In this document: one piece after another, positions 54,298-64,000 of the stretch
Layout of the letters: each line of letters starts with the position of its first letter
Position numbering within the stretch: the first letter of the stretch is position 1
Source of the DNA: Thermomonas sp.
GTDB lineage: Bacteria; Pseudomonadota; Gammaproteobacteria; Xanthomonadales; Xanthomonadaceae
Direction of reading: 5' to 3'
Assembly: GCA_035456065.1 (NCBI GenBank)
Contig: DATIDW010000006.1
Span: 6,513 to 70,512 of the forward strand
Length of the DNA: 64,000 bases
Notes under the pieces: generated by a model
The model's database searches: none
What the model was told of the DNA's origin: nothing
The model's input: the letters and a program-made list of their open reading frames with translations, nothing else
Position numbers and translations under genes: made by a program

Positions 54298-55185
54298 ATG
54301 CAGAACAAGACCCATCGCACCTTCAACGTCCTCCTGCTGGCGCTGGCGCTTGCCCTGCCCGCTCATGCTGGCAAGGTCGACAGGAAGGCCGCGGAAACCG
54401 AAGCGCGCACGTTCATCGAGGCCAGCCACCTGATCGCGCCGGAACGCGTGGGCGATTTCGTGCTGGAAGGCAGCAGCTACGACGAGCAGAACAAGTTCGC
54501 GGGTGCCGGCTTCCGTTATGCGCTGAAGGACCACCAGGAAAGCCGCTTCGACGTCTTCGTGTATCCGGCCGGTCGTGCGCCACAGGCGGATGCGATCGCC
54601 TCCGGCATGGTCCCGTTCAAGGCCGGCATCGAGCAGGCGCAGGCAGCGGGCAGCATCCGCGACCTGCGGTTCCTCTCCGAGGACGAGTTCCCACTGGACG
54701 TACCCGAGCCCGCCAGGCCAGCCGCCGCCGACACGGAACTGGATGCCGCGCTGCTGGAGGCGATCGCCTCGACCCGCACCATCGGCAAGCGCCTGCGCAT
54801 GCACAACACGATGGCCAATGGCGGTTTCCCCATGGCCTCCAACGGCTACCTGTTCCATCGGCAGCTGTATTTCTTCAAGGTGCGGGCATCCGCCGCGCGC
54901 GACCGCATCGACCAGGACGCCTTTGATGCCTTGACCGACCGCGCCGCGCGCGAGCTGGTGAAGGCGATCGAAGTCGCCAACGTGGGCGCTTGCGCAAACG
55001 CGGAGATCGCCATCGACCCGAAGGCGTCGGCGGACGCGATGGCGCTCGTGCTGGTCCGCCGCAGCGCCGAGATCCAGGGCGAAAACTGTTTCGGCGACGC
55101 CGGCAAGGCCAAGCTCGACGAGAAATCGAAAGGCGCCAGCGTGGTCCGGATCGACTTCACCGCCAGCGACTGGAAGCCGCGATGA
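54298..55185 (+). CDS. Hypothetical secreted protein
   Basis: Signal peptide ([13 protein letters not shown]), host-like codon usage, ATGA coupling to ybeY. Confidence 0.7.
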   Translation: MQNKTHRTFNVLLLALALALPAHAGKVDRKAAETEARTFIEASHLIAPERVGDFVLEGSSYDEQNKFAGAGFRYALKDHQESRFDVFVYPAGRAPQADAIASGMVPFKAGIEQAQAAGSIRDLRFLSEDEFPLDVPEPARPAAADTELDAALLEAIASTRTIGKRLRMHNTMANGGFPMASNGYLFHRQLYFFKVRASAARDRIDQDAFDALTDRAARELVKAIEVANVGACANAEIAIDPKASADAMALVLVRRSAEIQGENCFGDAGKAKLDEKSKGASVVRIDFTASDWKPR

Positions 55186-55664
55186 CCAAGGGCCCGATCC
55201 GCCTCGACGTCGCCGTCGGCTACGCGGTGCCGCGCGCCGGCATCCCCGCCGCCGTGAGTTTCCGCAAATGGGTGGCGGCCGCGCTGGCCGGGCGCATCCG
55301 CGAGGCGGACCTGGCCATCCGCATCGTCGACGAAAAGGAAGGCCGCTCGTTCAACCATCACTACCGCGGCAAGGACTACGCGACGAACGTGCTCAGCTTC
55401 CCGGCGGAACTACCCGAGGGGCTGCCGAAGGGCATGAAGCTGCCATTGCTCGGCGACCTGGTGCTGTGCGCGCCGGTGATCGCGCGCGAGGCGAAGGAAC
55501 AGGGCAAGCCGCTGGGCGCGCACTACGCGCACCTGACCGTGCACGGCACCCTGCACCTGCTTGGCTGGGACCACGAGGACGCGCGCGAAGCCGAGGCGAT
55601 GGAGCAGCTCGAGCGCGAGATCCTGGCCGGCATGGGCCTGCCGGATCCCTACATCGAGAAATGA
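55182..55664 (+). CDS. ybeY: rRNA maturation endoribonuclease YbeY
   Basis: [25 protein letters not shown]. Confidence 0.96.
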   Translation: MTKGPIRLDVAVGYAVPRAGIPAAVSFRKWVAAALAGRIREADLAIRIVDEKEGRSFNHHYRGKDYATNVLSFPAELPEGLPKGMKLPLLGDLVLCAPVIAREAKEQGKPLGAHYAHLTVHGTLHLLGWDHEDAREAEAMEQLEREILAGMGLPDPYIEK

Positions 55665-55682
55665 CCCCAACGTGGCCGGTCC

Positions 55683-57362
55683 TCAGCGGCTGGCGGCTGG
55701 CTTGCCGGCCGGTGCCTTCGCCACGTCCTGCACCAGGTCGAGTTCGCGCAACAGCGCGATGAAACGCGGGTCTTCCGCATAGCGCGACACGAACGGCATG
55801 TAGCGGATCTCGACGATGCCCGGGTCGCCCGCATCACGGGCCGCCTGCAGCCACTTGAACATCGCGGCTTCGTCGTCGCGCTGCGCGTAGATGCCTGCGA
55901 TCTGGGTGGCGGCGCCCTCGGGGGCGTCGCGGACCAGCACCTGCAGCTCCGCGTCGGAGCGGTCGCGCTCGCCATTGGCCCAATAAGCCATCGCCAGCGC
56001 ATAGGCCTTCCACAGCGGGTCGGGTTCGTCCCGGGCGATGCCGATCGCCTCGGGCGCGCGGTTCTGCTGGAAGATGGCGATCGCCTGGAACGCACGCACC
56101 ACCGAAAGGTCCGGGCGCAGCGCCAACGCCCGTCCGAGCACGTGCTCGGCCTCCGCATAGTCGTTCATGCCGAGGTAGATGCCACCCAGGTTGTACAGCG
56201 CGGTCGCCGACAACGGATTCAGCGCCAGCGCACGCCGCAGGGTGGCGGCCGCCTCCTCCAGCCGGCCGAACGCGGTCTGCCTGATCGCCAGCACGTGCAG
56301 CAGCGACGCATCCTGCGGGCGGATCGCCAGCGCGCGCTCGGTCTCGGCCAGCGCGCCGGCCTGGTCCAGCGCGATGCTGCCCAGCCACGCCGCGTTGGCC
56401 GCATGCGCATCGGCGCTGTCGGGCGCCAGGCGGAGCGCGGTGGCGGCCTCGCGGCGGGCCCTTTCGCCCGCTTCGCGGATATCGCCCGCCTGTGCGGGAA
56501 ACCGCGTGGCCAACTGGATCCGCGCCAGCGCCAGGCGCGCATGCGCATGTCCGTAGCCGCCATCGGCGGCGATCGCGCGCTCGTAGGCGGAGATCGCGGC
56601 GAGTACGTGCTCCGCATCGCCCTGCTTGATCGCGGCATCGCCCGCGAGCAGCGCCTCGTAGGCATCCAGCCTGCCTGCCGGCGGTCGCTCGTCCTGCGCG
56701 CCCTGCGGCGCCGGCAGGCGCTTCACCTTCAGGGCCGCGCCGACCGCTGTCGCCATCTCGTCCTGCACCTTGAACAGCTCGCGATACGGCCGCTGGTAGC
56801 GCTCGAACCAGAGCGTGCTGCCGTCCGCGACGCTGACCAGCGCGGCATCGATGCGCAGCTCGTCGCCGATGCGGGAGGCGCTGCCCTTCAGCAGGTGCGT
56901 GGCCCCGAGCGCCTTGCCGATCGTCGCCGGGCGCGCCTCGGGGTCGCGCTGCTGGAACGAGGATTCCGGGCTGGTCACCGCCACCCCGGCGAATTGCGAG
57001 AGCGCACCGACCAGTTGTTCGGACAGGCCATCGTTGAAGTCCTGGGCTGGGTTGGCATCGACCTTCAGGGCATCGACCAGCGACTCGGACGAGCCTTCGG
57101 CGAAACCCTGCGCGTCGGCACCGGCGGCAGCGGGCGCGGCGGTGGCCAGCGGCAGTACCGCGATGACGATGGCCGGCAGCTGGCCGGAGGTCGCGGGCGC
57201 AATCGATGCAGGCGCCGGCCCGGGGGCGGGCGTCGGCGTCCCCGACATGCCGAACGCGAAGTAGCCTGCGGCCAGCAGCGCCAGGACTGCCCCGGCGACC
57301 GCCCCGTAGACCCATGGCTTGCGCGGTTCCGGCTTGATCAGAAGGCCATCGTCTCTTGCCAA
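55683..57362 (-). CDS. Membrane-anchored TolB-N-like/TPR protein
   Basis: N-terminal TM, IAVLPL..LGATHLLKGS..LWFERY, multiple TPR repeats; start uncertain. Confidence 0.75.
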   Translation of the reverse strand: MARDDGLLIKPEPRKPWVYGAVAGAVLALLAAGYFAFGMSGTPTPAPGPAPASIAPATSGQLPAIVIAVLPLATAAPAAAGADAQGFAEGSSESLVDALKVDANPAQDFNDGLSEQLVGALSQFAGVAVTSPESSFQQRDPEARPATIGKALGATHLLKGSASRIGDELRIDAALVSVADGSTLWFERYQRPYRELFKVQDEMATAVGAALKVKRLPAPQGAQDERPPAGRLDAYEALLAGDAAIKQGDAEHVLAAISAYERAIAADGGYGHAHARLALARIQLATRFPAQAGDIREAGERARREAATALRLAPDSADAHAANAAWLGSIALDQAGALAETERALAIRPQDASLLHVLAIRQTAFGRLEEAAATLRRALALNPLSATALYNLGGIYLGMNDYAEAEHVLGRALALRPDLSVVRAFQAIAIFQQNRAPEAIGIARDEPDPLWKAYALAMAYWANGERDRSDAELQVLVRDAPEGAATQIAGIYAQRDDEAAMFKWLQAARDAGDPGIVEIRYMPFVSRYAEDPRFIALLRELDLVQDVAKAPAGKPAASR

Positions 57363-57541
57363 GCTGCACCCCGTGCATGGCCGGCACGCTGCCGGCTCCC
57401 CGGCGCCAGTGTCCGCAATGGCCCAGAGGCACGCAACCGGACGGGCAGCCTATGCCGCATGCCCGGCGTCCGCGATTCACCGCCTCGTCGCCTCGATTCG
57501 CTAGACTCCACGCGTACACCCCACAGGCAAGCCGCGCCCCC

Positions 57542-58420
57542 ATGTCCGAGGACGACAGTCGGCAAGACGCCGATTCCGCTGAAAGAAGCGGCGACAAGCC
57601 ACGCCGCTCCTGGCTGGACCGCATCAGTGCCGCCCTGTCCGGCGAACCCACCACCCGCGAGGATCTCGTCGAGTTGCTGCGCGACGTGCAGGCCGACGGC
57701 CTGATCGCCTCCGACACGCTGCGGATGATGGAAGGCGCCATCGCGGTGGCCGACCTCACCGTCGGCGACGTGATGGTCTCCCGCGCGCAGATGGTCGCGC
57801 TGCCGGCCGACGGCAAGTTCCTGGACCTGATGCGGGAAGTGGTCGAATCCGGCCATTCGCGCTTCCCCGTGCACGGCGACGACAAGGACGAGATCCTCGG
57901 CGTGCTGCTGGCCAAGGACCTGCTGCGCGGCGTGGTCGCCGACAACGGGCCCGGCACCATCCGCGAACTGCTGCGCCCGGCGGTGCTGATCCCGGAATCG
58001 AAGAAGCTCAACGTGCTGCTGCGCGAGTTCCGCCAGTCGCGCAACCACATGGCGATCGTCATCGACGAATACGGCGGCGTCGCCGGCCTGGTCACCATCG
58101 AGGACGTGCTGGAGCAGATCGTCGGCGACATCGACGACGAGCACGACGTGGCCGAGGACGATTCCCGGCTGATCGCCGCGCAAGCCGATGGCCAGTTCGT
58201 GGTCGACGCGCTGACCCCGATCGCCGACTTCAACGAGCGCTTCGGCGCGCATTTCGACGACGACGAGTACGACACCATCGGCGGCCTGGTCACCGCGGCG
58301 ATCGGCCACCTGCCGGAAGTCGGCGAGGAGCTGACCCTCGGCCACTTCGGCTTCCGGGTCGCGCGCGCCGACGCACGCCGCCTGCTGGCGCTGCACGTGG
58401 CCGTGCATGCGGGCCACTAA
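57542..58420 (+). CDS. corC: CBS/CorC-HlyC magnesium/cobalt efflux-associated protein
   Basis: SGHSRFPV, HMAIVIDEYGG, TIEDVLEQIVGDI, DTIGG. Confidence 0.92.
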   Translation: MSEDDSRQDADSAERSGDKPRRSWLDRISAALSGEPTTREDLVELLRDVQADGLIASDTLRMMEGAIAVADLTVGDVMVSRAQMVALPADGKFLDLMREVVESGHSRFPVHGDDKDEILGVLLAKDLLRGVVADNGPGTIRELLRPAVLIPESKKLNVLLREFRQSRNHMAIVIDEYGGVAGLVTIEDVLEQIVGDIDDEHDVAEDDSRLIAAQADGQFVVDALTPIADFNERFGAHFDDDEYDTIGGLVTAAIGHLPEVGEELTLGHFGFRVARADARRLLALHVAVHAGH

Positions 58421-59648
58421 GCGGGTTTCCCGCTCCCCTGCCCGCGGGGGAGGGCTGGGGTGGGTTTGGTTTTTGACGCTCCTGTTCGCCCTCTTCGTGG
58501 GCGCGGCGGATGCGCAGCCCGTCGACGCCGATGCGCAAGCCGCACCGCGCATCGGCGTCGTCACCATGGGTCCCGGCGAGATCTTCTGGGAGCGTTTCGG
58601 CCACGATGCCATCGTCGTCGACGATGGCACGCCGGGTGGCCAGACCAGCTACAACTTCGGCTTCTTCGACCTCGCCGAGGACGGCTTCATCGGCCGCTTC
58701 GTGCGCGGCGAGATGCAGTACATGCTGGTGGCGTTGCCGCTTGAGGAAGACCTGAGCTACTACCGCGAGGTCGGGCGTGGCGCGACCCTGCAGTGGCTGG
58801 ACCTCGACCCGGCGCAGGCACGCTCGCTGGCCGCAGCGCTGGCCGAAAACGCCAGGCCGGAGAACGCCCGCTACCGCTACGACTACTACACCGACAACTG
58901 CGCCACCCGCGTGCGCGACGCGATCGACGCCGCGCTGGGCGGCCAGTTGCGGCGGCAACTGGAAGTGCGCTCGAGTGGCGACACCTACCGCGGGGAATCG
59001 GTGCGGCTGGCCTCGCCGGCGCCATGGATGCGACTGGGCTTCGACCTCGGCCTTGGGCCCTTCGGCGACCGCCCGCTGACGCGCTGGGAGCAGGCCTTCC
59101 TGCCGCGGCGTCTGGCCGACGACCTGCGCGTGGCGAAACGCGCCGATGGCCGCCCGCTGGTGGCATCGGAAGTCGAGCTGCTGCCGCAAACGCAGGCCGC
59201 GGAGCCGACCGGCAGCGCGCCGCGGTTGTGGCCATGGCTGCTTGCCGGGCTGGCATCGGGCATCGCGGCGCTGGCGCTGGCGGCCCGCCGCCCACGCCTG
59301 CTGGCGACCCTCGCCACCGCTGCCTGGCTGACCTGCGGATCGCTCGGGCTGGTGCTGGCACTGGGCTGGGCGTTCACCGCGCACCACGCGATGTGGGCCA
59401 ATCGCAACCTGCTGCTGCTGGACCCGTTGTGCCTGCTGCTGCTGCCGGGCGGATGGGCGTTGCTGCGCGGGCGCACGCCCTCGGCGCGCTTCCGCATCCT
59501 GCTCGTCGTGGTCGCCGTGCTGGCGGCAGCGGCCTGCATGCCGCTGTGGCTGCAGGCGCAGCCGCAACGCAACGGCCACTGGATCGCGCTGCTGCTGCCG
59601 ATCCACCTGGCGTTGGCCTGGGCCTGGTCGCGGCGCCCGCGCAGGTGA
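58407..59648 (+). CDS. DUF4105 (Lnb-like) membrane protein
   Basis: FGHDAI, YNFGFF, YRYDYYTDNCAT, four C-terminal TM helices; start uncertain. Confidence 0.85.
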   Translation: MRATKRVSRSPARGGGLGWVWFLTLLFALFVGAADAQPVDADAQAAPRIGVVTMGPGEIFWERFGHDAIVVDDGTPGGQTSYNFGFFDLAEDGFIGRFVRGEMQYMLVALPLEEDLSYYREVGRGATLQWLDLDPAQARSLAAALAENARPENARYRYDYYTDNCATRVRDAIDAALGGQLRRQLEVRSSGDTYRGESVRLASPAPWMRLGFDLGLGPFGDRPLTRWEQAFLPRRLADDLRVAKRADGRPLVASEVELLPQTQAAEPTGSAPRLWPWLLAGLASGIAALALAARRPRLLATLATAAWLTCGSLGLVLALGWAFTAHHAMWANRNLLLLDPLCLLLLPGGWALLRGRTPSARFRILLVVVAVLAAAACMPLWLQAQPQRNGHWIALLLPIHLALAWAWSRRPRR

Positions 59649-59692
59649 CGGCGCGGCTTGATGGCGGCGCCGCCGCGATGCAGGATGCCGCG

Positions 59693-60694
59693 ATGGATGC
59701 CGAACGCGATACCACCCTGCCCGACTGCGTGGTCAACTGCGCCGCCTACGACCGTGCCGGCCGACGCCGCGACATCAACCTGGACGCAATCAGCGACGTG
59801 CTGGCGGTGGACGATGGCAGCTTCGTCTGGGTCGGCCTGTACGAACCGGCGGATGTACTGCTGGACAAACTGCAGGAGGAATTCGGCCTGCACGACCTCG
59901 CCGTCGAGGATGCCCAGAACGCGCACCAGCGACCCAAGCTGGAGAGCTACGGCAACTCGCTGTTCATCGCCGCGCACACCGCGCAGCGCGTGGACGGCCA
60001 TGTGCGCTTCGGCGAGACCCACGTCTTCGTCGGCCCGCGTTTCCTGGTCACCGTCCGCCACGGCGCGTCGCTGACCTTCGCCTCGGTGCGGCAGCGGCTG
60101 GAACGCGAGCCGCAGATGCTGGCGCAGGGGCCGACCGCCGCCTTGCACGCGATCCTCGATTTCATCGTCGACAACTACCAGCCGATCGTGTCCGACTTCG
60201 AGCAGGAGCTGGATGCGCTGGAGCACGACGTGTTCGCGGAGAGCTACCGGCGCGGCACCACCCGCCGCCTGTACGAACTGCGCAAGGAACTGACCCAGAT
60301 GCGGATGGCGGTGGCGCCGATGCAGGACATCCTGTCGCAGCTGATGCGCAACCCGGGGCTCGCCATCCCCGATGAAGTGAAGCCCTACTTCCGCGACGTG
60401 CTGGACCACGCCGCGCGCGTCGGCGACACCATCGACACCCTGCGCGAGATGGTGACCGCGGCGATGAACGTCAATCTCTCGCTGGTCACCGTGGCGCAGG
60501 GCGAGGTCGTCAAGCGACTGGCCGGCTGGGCCGGCCTGCTGGCCGCGCCCACCCTGATCGCCAGCTGGTACGGCATGAACTTCGTGCACATGCCGGAGCT
60601 GGCGGGTCGCTACAGCTACTGGATCCTGATTGGCAGCGTCCTGCTGTTCTGCACCGGCCTGTATCGCTACCTGCGCAAGGTCGGCTGGCTCTAG
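59693..60694 (+). CDS. corA: Magnesium/cobalt transporter CorA
   Basis: FVWVGL, HQRPKLE, YGMNF signature. Confidence 0.93.
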   Translation: MDAERDTTLPDCVVNCAAYDRAGRRRDINLDAISDVLAVDDGSFVWVGLYEPADVLLDKLQEEFGLHDLAVEDAQNAHQRPKLESYGNSLFIAAHTAQRVDGHVRFGETHVFVGPRFLVTVRHGASLTFASVRQRLEREPQMLAQGPTAALHAILDFIVDNYQPIVSDFEQELDALEHDVFAESYRRGTTRRLYELRKELTQMRMAVAPMQDILSQLMRNPGLAIPDEVKPYFRDVLDHAARVGDTIDTLREMVTAAMNVNLSLVTVAQGEVVKRLAGWAGLLAAPTLIASWYGMNFVHMPELAGRYSYWILIGSVLLFCTGLYRYLRKVGWL

Positions 60695-60800
60695 CCGCCC
60701 TGCGCGCGCCCTGCCAAGTTCGAAGCCGGTTCGCTGCATTGCGCATTGACCGCGTGCGTCGGCGCGGACCACCCTAGCGCCTTCCCCGGGAGGACGCGCG

Positions 60801-62870
60801 ATGAAAGCCTTTTCAAGGTTCGGCTGGGTGTTGCTTGCGCTGGTCGGCGCGTTCTGCCTGGGCACACTCGCATTGCGTCGCGGCGAACAGGTCAACGCGC
60901 TGTGGATCGTGGTCGCGGCGGTGTCGATCTACCTGGTCGCCTATCGCTACTACAGCCTGTTCATCGCGACTAGGGTGATGGGGCTGGACCCGACGCGGGC
61001 GACGCCAGCAATGCTGCGCAACGACGGGCTCGACTTCGTGCCGACCAACCAGCACGTGTTGTTCGGCCACCACTTCGCCGCGATCGCCGGCGCGGGGCCG
61101 CTGGTCGGTCCGGTGCTGGCCGCGCAGATGGGCTACCTGCCGGGCTTGCTGTGGCTGGTCGCCGGCGTGGTGCTGGCCGGCGCGGTGCAGGACTTCATGG
61201 TGCTGTTCATCTCCAGCCGCCGCGATGCGCGCTCGCTCGGCGACCTGGTGCGCGAGGAGATGGGCCGCGTGCCCGGCACCATCGCCCTGTTCGGCGCGTT
61301 CCTGATCATGATCATCGTCCTGGCGGTGCTGGCGATGATCGTGGTGAAGGCCCTGGCGGAAAGTCCGTGGGGCATGTTCACGGTGATGGCGACGCTGCCG
61401 ATCGCGATGTTCATGGGCGTGTACATGCGCTACCTCCGCCCCGGCAGGATCGGCGAGATCTCGGTCATCGGCATCGTGTTGCTGTTGCTGTCGATCTGGC
61501 TGGGCGGCAAGGTCGGCGCGCATCCCGCCTGGGGGCCGGCGTTCACCTTCACCGGCACCCAGATCACCTGGATGCTGATCGGCTACGGCTTCGTCGCCGC
61601 GGTGTTGCCGGTGTGGCTGATCCTGGCCCCGCGCGACTACCTGTCCACCTTCCTCAAGATCGGCACGATCATCGCGCTGGCGATCGGCATCCTGGTGGTG
61701 ATGCCGGAACTGAAGATGCCGGCGCTGACCCGGTTCACCGACGGCACCGGCCCGGTGTGGAAGGGCGGGCTGTTCCCGTTCCTGTTCATCACTATCGCGT
61801 GTGGCGCGGTGTCCGGCTTCCATGCACTGATCGCATCGGGCACCACCCCAAAGTTGCTCGCCAGCGAGGGCCACATCCGCTACATCGGCTACGGCGGCAT
61901 GCTGATGGAATCGTTCGTGGCGATCATGGCGCTGGTCGCCGCGTCGGTGATCGAGCCGGGCGTGTACTTCGCGATGAACAGCCCGGCGGCGTTGATCGGC
62001 ACCGATGCCATCTCGGCGGCGGCCACGATCACCGAGTGGGGCTTCACCGTCAGCCCGGACGTGCTCACCGCGACCGCCGCCGAGATCGGCGAACACACCA
62101 TCCTCTCGCGTGCCGGCGGCGCGCCCACGCTTGCGGTCGGCATCGCCCAGATCATGCACAACCTGCTGCCGGGCGAGGACACGATGGCGTTCTGGTACCA
62201 CTTCGCGATCCTGTTCGAGGCCCTGTTCATCCTCACCGCGGTCGATGCCGGCACCCGCGCGGGCCGCTTCATGCTGCAGGACCTGCTGGGCACGTTTTCG
62301 CCTGGGCTGCGGCGCACCGAGTCGTGGACCGCGAACATCATCGCCACCGCCGGTTGCGTGATGCTGTGGGGCTACTTCCTCTACCAGGGCGTGGTCGATC
62401 CGCTGGGTGGCATCAACACCTTGTGGCCGCTGTTCGGCATCGCCAACCAGATGCTTGCCGCCATCGCCCTGATGCTGTGCACGGTGGTGCTGTTCAAGAT
62501 GAAGCGCGAGCGCTACGCCTGGGTCACCCTCCTGCCGGCCACCTGGCTCTTGATCTGCACGATGAGCGCCGGCTTCATCAAGATCTTCGATGCCAATCCG
62601 GCGGTCGGCTTCCTGGCGCAAGCGGCCAAGTACCGCGCCGGCATCGCCGCCGGCGAAATCGTGGCGCCGGCCAGCAGCATCGGGGAGATGCAGCAGATCG
62701 CGTTCAACAGCGGCGTCAACGCCGGGCTGACCGCGCTGTTCCTGTTCGTGGTGGCCAGCGTGCTGGTGTACGCGACCGGCGCGATCCGCAAGGCCCGCGC
62801 CAACCCGCAGCGCAGCGACCGCGAAACGCCCTACGTGGCGGTCGATCCGGCGCTGGCCGCGCAGCTGTGA
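60801..62870 (+). CDS. cstA: Carbon starvation CstA family transporter
   Basis: FGHHFAAIAGAGPLVGP, IACGAVSGFH, LWPLFG. Confidence 0.95.
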   Translation: MKAFSRFGWVLLALVGAFCLGTLALRRGEQVNALWIVVAAVSIYLVAYRYYSLFIATRVMGLDPTRATPAMLRNDGLDFVPTNQHVLFGHHFAAIAGAGPLVGPVLAAQMGYLPGLLWLVAGVVLAGAVQDFMVLFISSRRDARSLGDLVREEMGRVPGTIALFGAFLIMIIVLAVLAMIVVKALAESPWGMFTVMATLPIAMFMGVYMRYLRPGRIGEISVIGIVLLLLSIWLGGKVGAHPAWGPAFTFTGTQITWMLIGYGFVAAVLPVWLILAPRDYLSTFLKIGTIIALAIGILVVMPELKMPALTRFTDGTGPVWKGGLFPFLFITIACGAVSGFHALIASGTTPKLLASEGHIRYIGYGGMLMESFVAIMALVAASVIEPGVYFAMNSPAALIGTDAISAAATITEWGFTVSPDVLTATAAEIGEHTILSRAGGAPTLAVGIAQIMHNLLPGEDTMAFWYHFAILFEALFILTAVDAGTRAGRFMLQDLLGTFSPGLRRTESWTANIIATAGCVMLWGYFLYQGVVDPLGGINTLWPLFGIANQMLAAIALMLCTVVLFKMKRERYAWVTLLPATWLLICTMSAGFIKIFDANPAVGFLAQAAKYRAGIAAGEIVAPASSIGEMQQIAFNSGVNAGLTALFLFVVASVLVYATGAIRKARANPQRSDRETPYVAVDPALAAQL

Positions 62871-62885
62871 CCAAGGAGTACTGGC

Positions 62886-63110
62886 ATGGGCACCGAACTT
62901 GTTCCTATCCAATACTTCGCCACCCACAAGCGCGTGTGGCGACGGCTCGTGCAGACGGCACGCCTGTGCTGCGGCGTGCCCGACTACGACAACTATGTCC
63001 GTCATGTGTTGCAGAAGCACCCGGACCGCGCGCCGATGGACTACAAGACCTTCTTCCGCGAGCGCCAGGAAGCCCGTTTCGGCGGGCGTTCCGGCTTCCG
63101 TTGCTGCTGA
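62886..63110 (+). CDS. YbdD/YjiX family CstA-associated small protein
   Basis: GVPDYDNYV.H..KHP..FFRERQ..RCC; immediately after cstA. Confidence 0.9.
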   Translation: MGTELVPIQYFATHKRVWRRLVQTARLCCGVPDYDNYVRHVLQKHPDRAPMDYKTFFRERQEARFGGRSGFRCC

Positions 63111-63111
63111 A

Positions 63112-64000
63112 TCAGCCCTGCCCCGCCATCGCGCGCAGGGTGATGCCGACGATGTAGGCCAGCACGGTGCCGGTCGCGTACCCCAGTGCGCCGAGCAGCG
63201 CACCCACCGGCGCAAGCGAGGGATGGAACACCGATGCCACCACGGGGGCCGAGGCCGGCCCGCCGATGTTGCTCTGCGAGCCCATCGCGAAGTAGAAGAA
63301 CGGCACGCGGAGCAGTTTCGCCAGCAACGCCAGCAACGCGATGTGGACGAGGATCCAGATCAGCCCCAGCGCGAGCAGCCACGGCTTGTCGGCCAGCGAA
63401 CCGATGTCCATCTGCATGCCGATGCAGGCGATCAGGATGTACAGGAACAGGGTGCCGACCTTCGATGCACCGGCGCCATCGAGCGTGCGTGCGCGGGTGA
63501 AGCTCAAGCCGAGGCCGATGAAGGTCGACAGCACCACCACCCAGACGAACGGCTCATGCAGGCTCACCTGGCGTGCCCACGACACGTTCTGCGCGAACCA
63601 TGCCGATGCCGGGCCGGCGATGGCATGGCACAGGCCGACCGCGCCGAACGCGATGCCGATGATCATCATCAGGTCGGGCAGCGTGGCGACGCGCTCGTGC
63701 TGCTTCTGGTAGCTGGCCAGCCGTTCCTTCAGCTCCTCGATGGCGCTGGTATCCGCGCCGCTGCGCGCATCGATCGCGGGCGCGCGGTTGGCGAGGAAGA
63801 TCAGCACCGCCATCCAGAGATAGCCCACCGCCACGTCGATGACCACGAACTGGCCGAAGGTCGTCTCGTCGACCGCGAACACTTCCTTCATCGCGACCAT
63901 GTTGGCGCCGCCGCCGATCCAGCTGCCCGCGAGCGCGGCCATGCCGCCCCAGGTGTCGCCGGCCACCGTTTCCGGATGCACCAGGCCCATCACCCAGAAC
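63112..64000 (-). CDS. DUF819 family membrane protein (partial, start beyond window)
   Basis: GSWIGGGANMVA, SQSNIGGPASAP. Confidence 0.85.
   Translation of the reverse strand, partial: FWVMGLVHPETVAGDTWGGMAALAGSWIGGGANMVAMKEVFAVDETTFGQFVVIDVAVGYLWMAVLIFLANRAPAIDARSGADTSAIEELKERLASYQKQHERVATLPDLMMIIGIAFGAVGLCHAIAGPASAWFAQNVSWARQVSLHEPFVWVVVLSTFIGLGLSFTRARTLDGAGASKVGTLFLYILIACIGMQMDIGSLADKPWLLALGLIWILVHIALLALLAKLLRVPFFYFAMGSQSNIGGPASAPVVASVFHPSLAPVGALLGALGYATGTVLAYIVGITLRAMAGQG

Noticed and set aside
62886..63110. Selenocysteine read-through at the TGA of the YbdD-like gene
   Set aside because: The protein already ends Cys-Cys, the Cys form of the family; the TGA abuts the convergent gene's stop and I see no evident SECIS.

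Overview
High-GC Xanthomonadaceae-type (Lysobacter/Thermomonas-like) chromosomal segment; the taxon is inferred from gene order and protein style. Most of it is conserved backbone: thrS-infC-rpmI-rplT-pheST-ihfA-merR-tRNA-Pro, uvrB, a type IV minor pilin/PilY1 cluster beside tRNA-Asn, ppnN, an Oar-like TonB receptor, sodB, purEK, nadC, sspAB, petABC, miaB-phoH-ybeY-corC, corA and cstA-ybdD. The main accessory feature is a ~10.8 kb, visibly lower-GC island integrated in tRNA-Val(GAC), bounded by a perfect 51-bp direct repeat (11257-11307 and 22010-22060). It carries a tyrosine integrase whose C-terminus and stop codon lie inside the att core, paired arm-type repeats, and a C-protein-like XRE regulator with palindromic operators. 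Its cargo looks mostly defence-related. The standout is a translationally coupled operon (Rad50/SMC-like ABC ATPase, then a putative winged-helix middle protein, then a C-terminal PD-(D/E)xK nuclease) that converges on an amino-type DNA methyltransferase. This is a candidate ABC-three-component/Lamassu-like x restriction-modification hybrid. The island also has Abi_C/HEPN-like, DUF4917 (SIR2-like), GIY-YIG and GNAT genes. Smaller signals are a candidate Thr leader-peptide attenuator before thrS, an ATC start for infC, probable leaderless genes and REP-like elements. All family calls are by motif recognition only; no searches were run.
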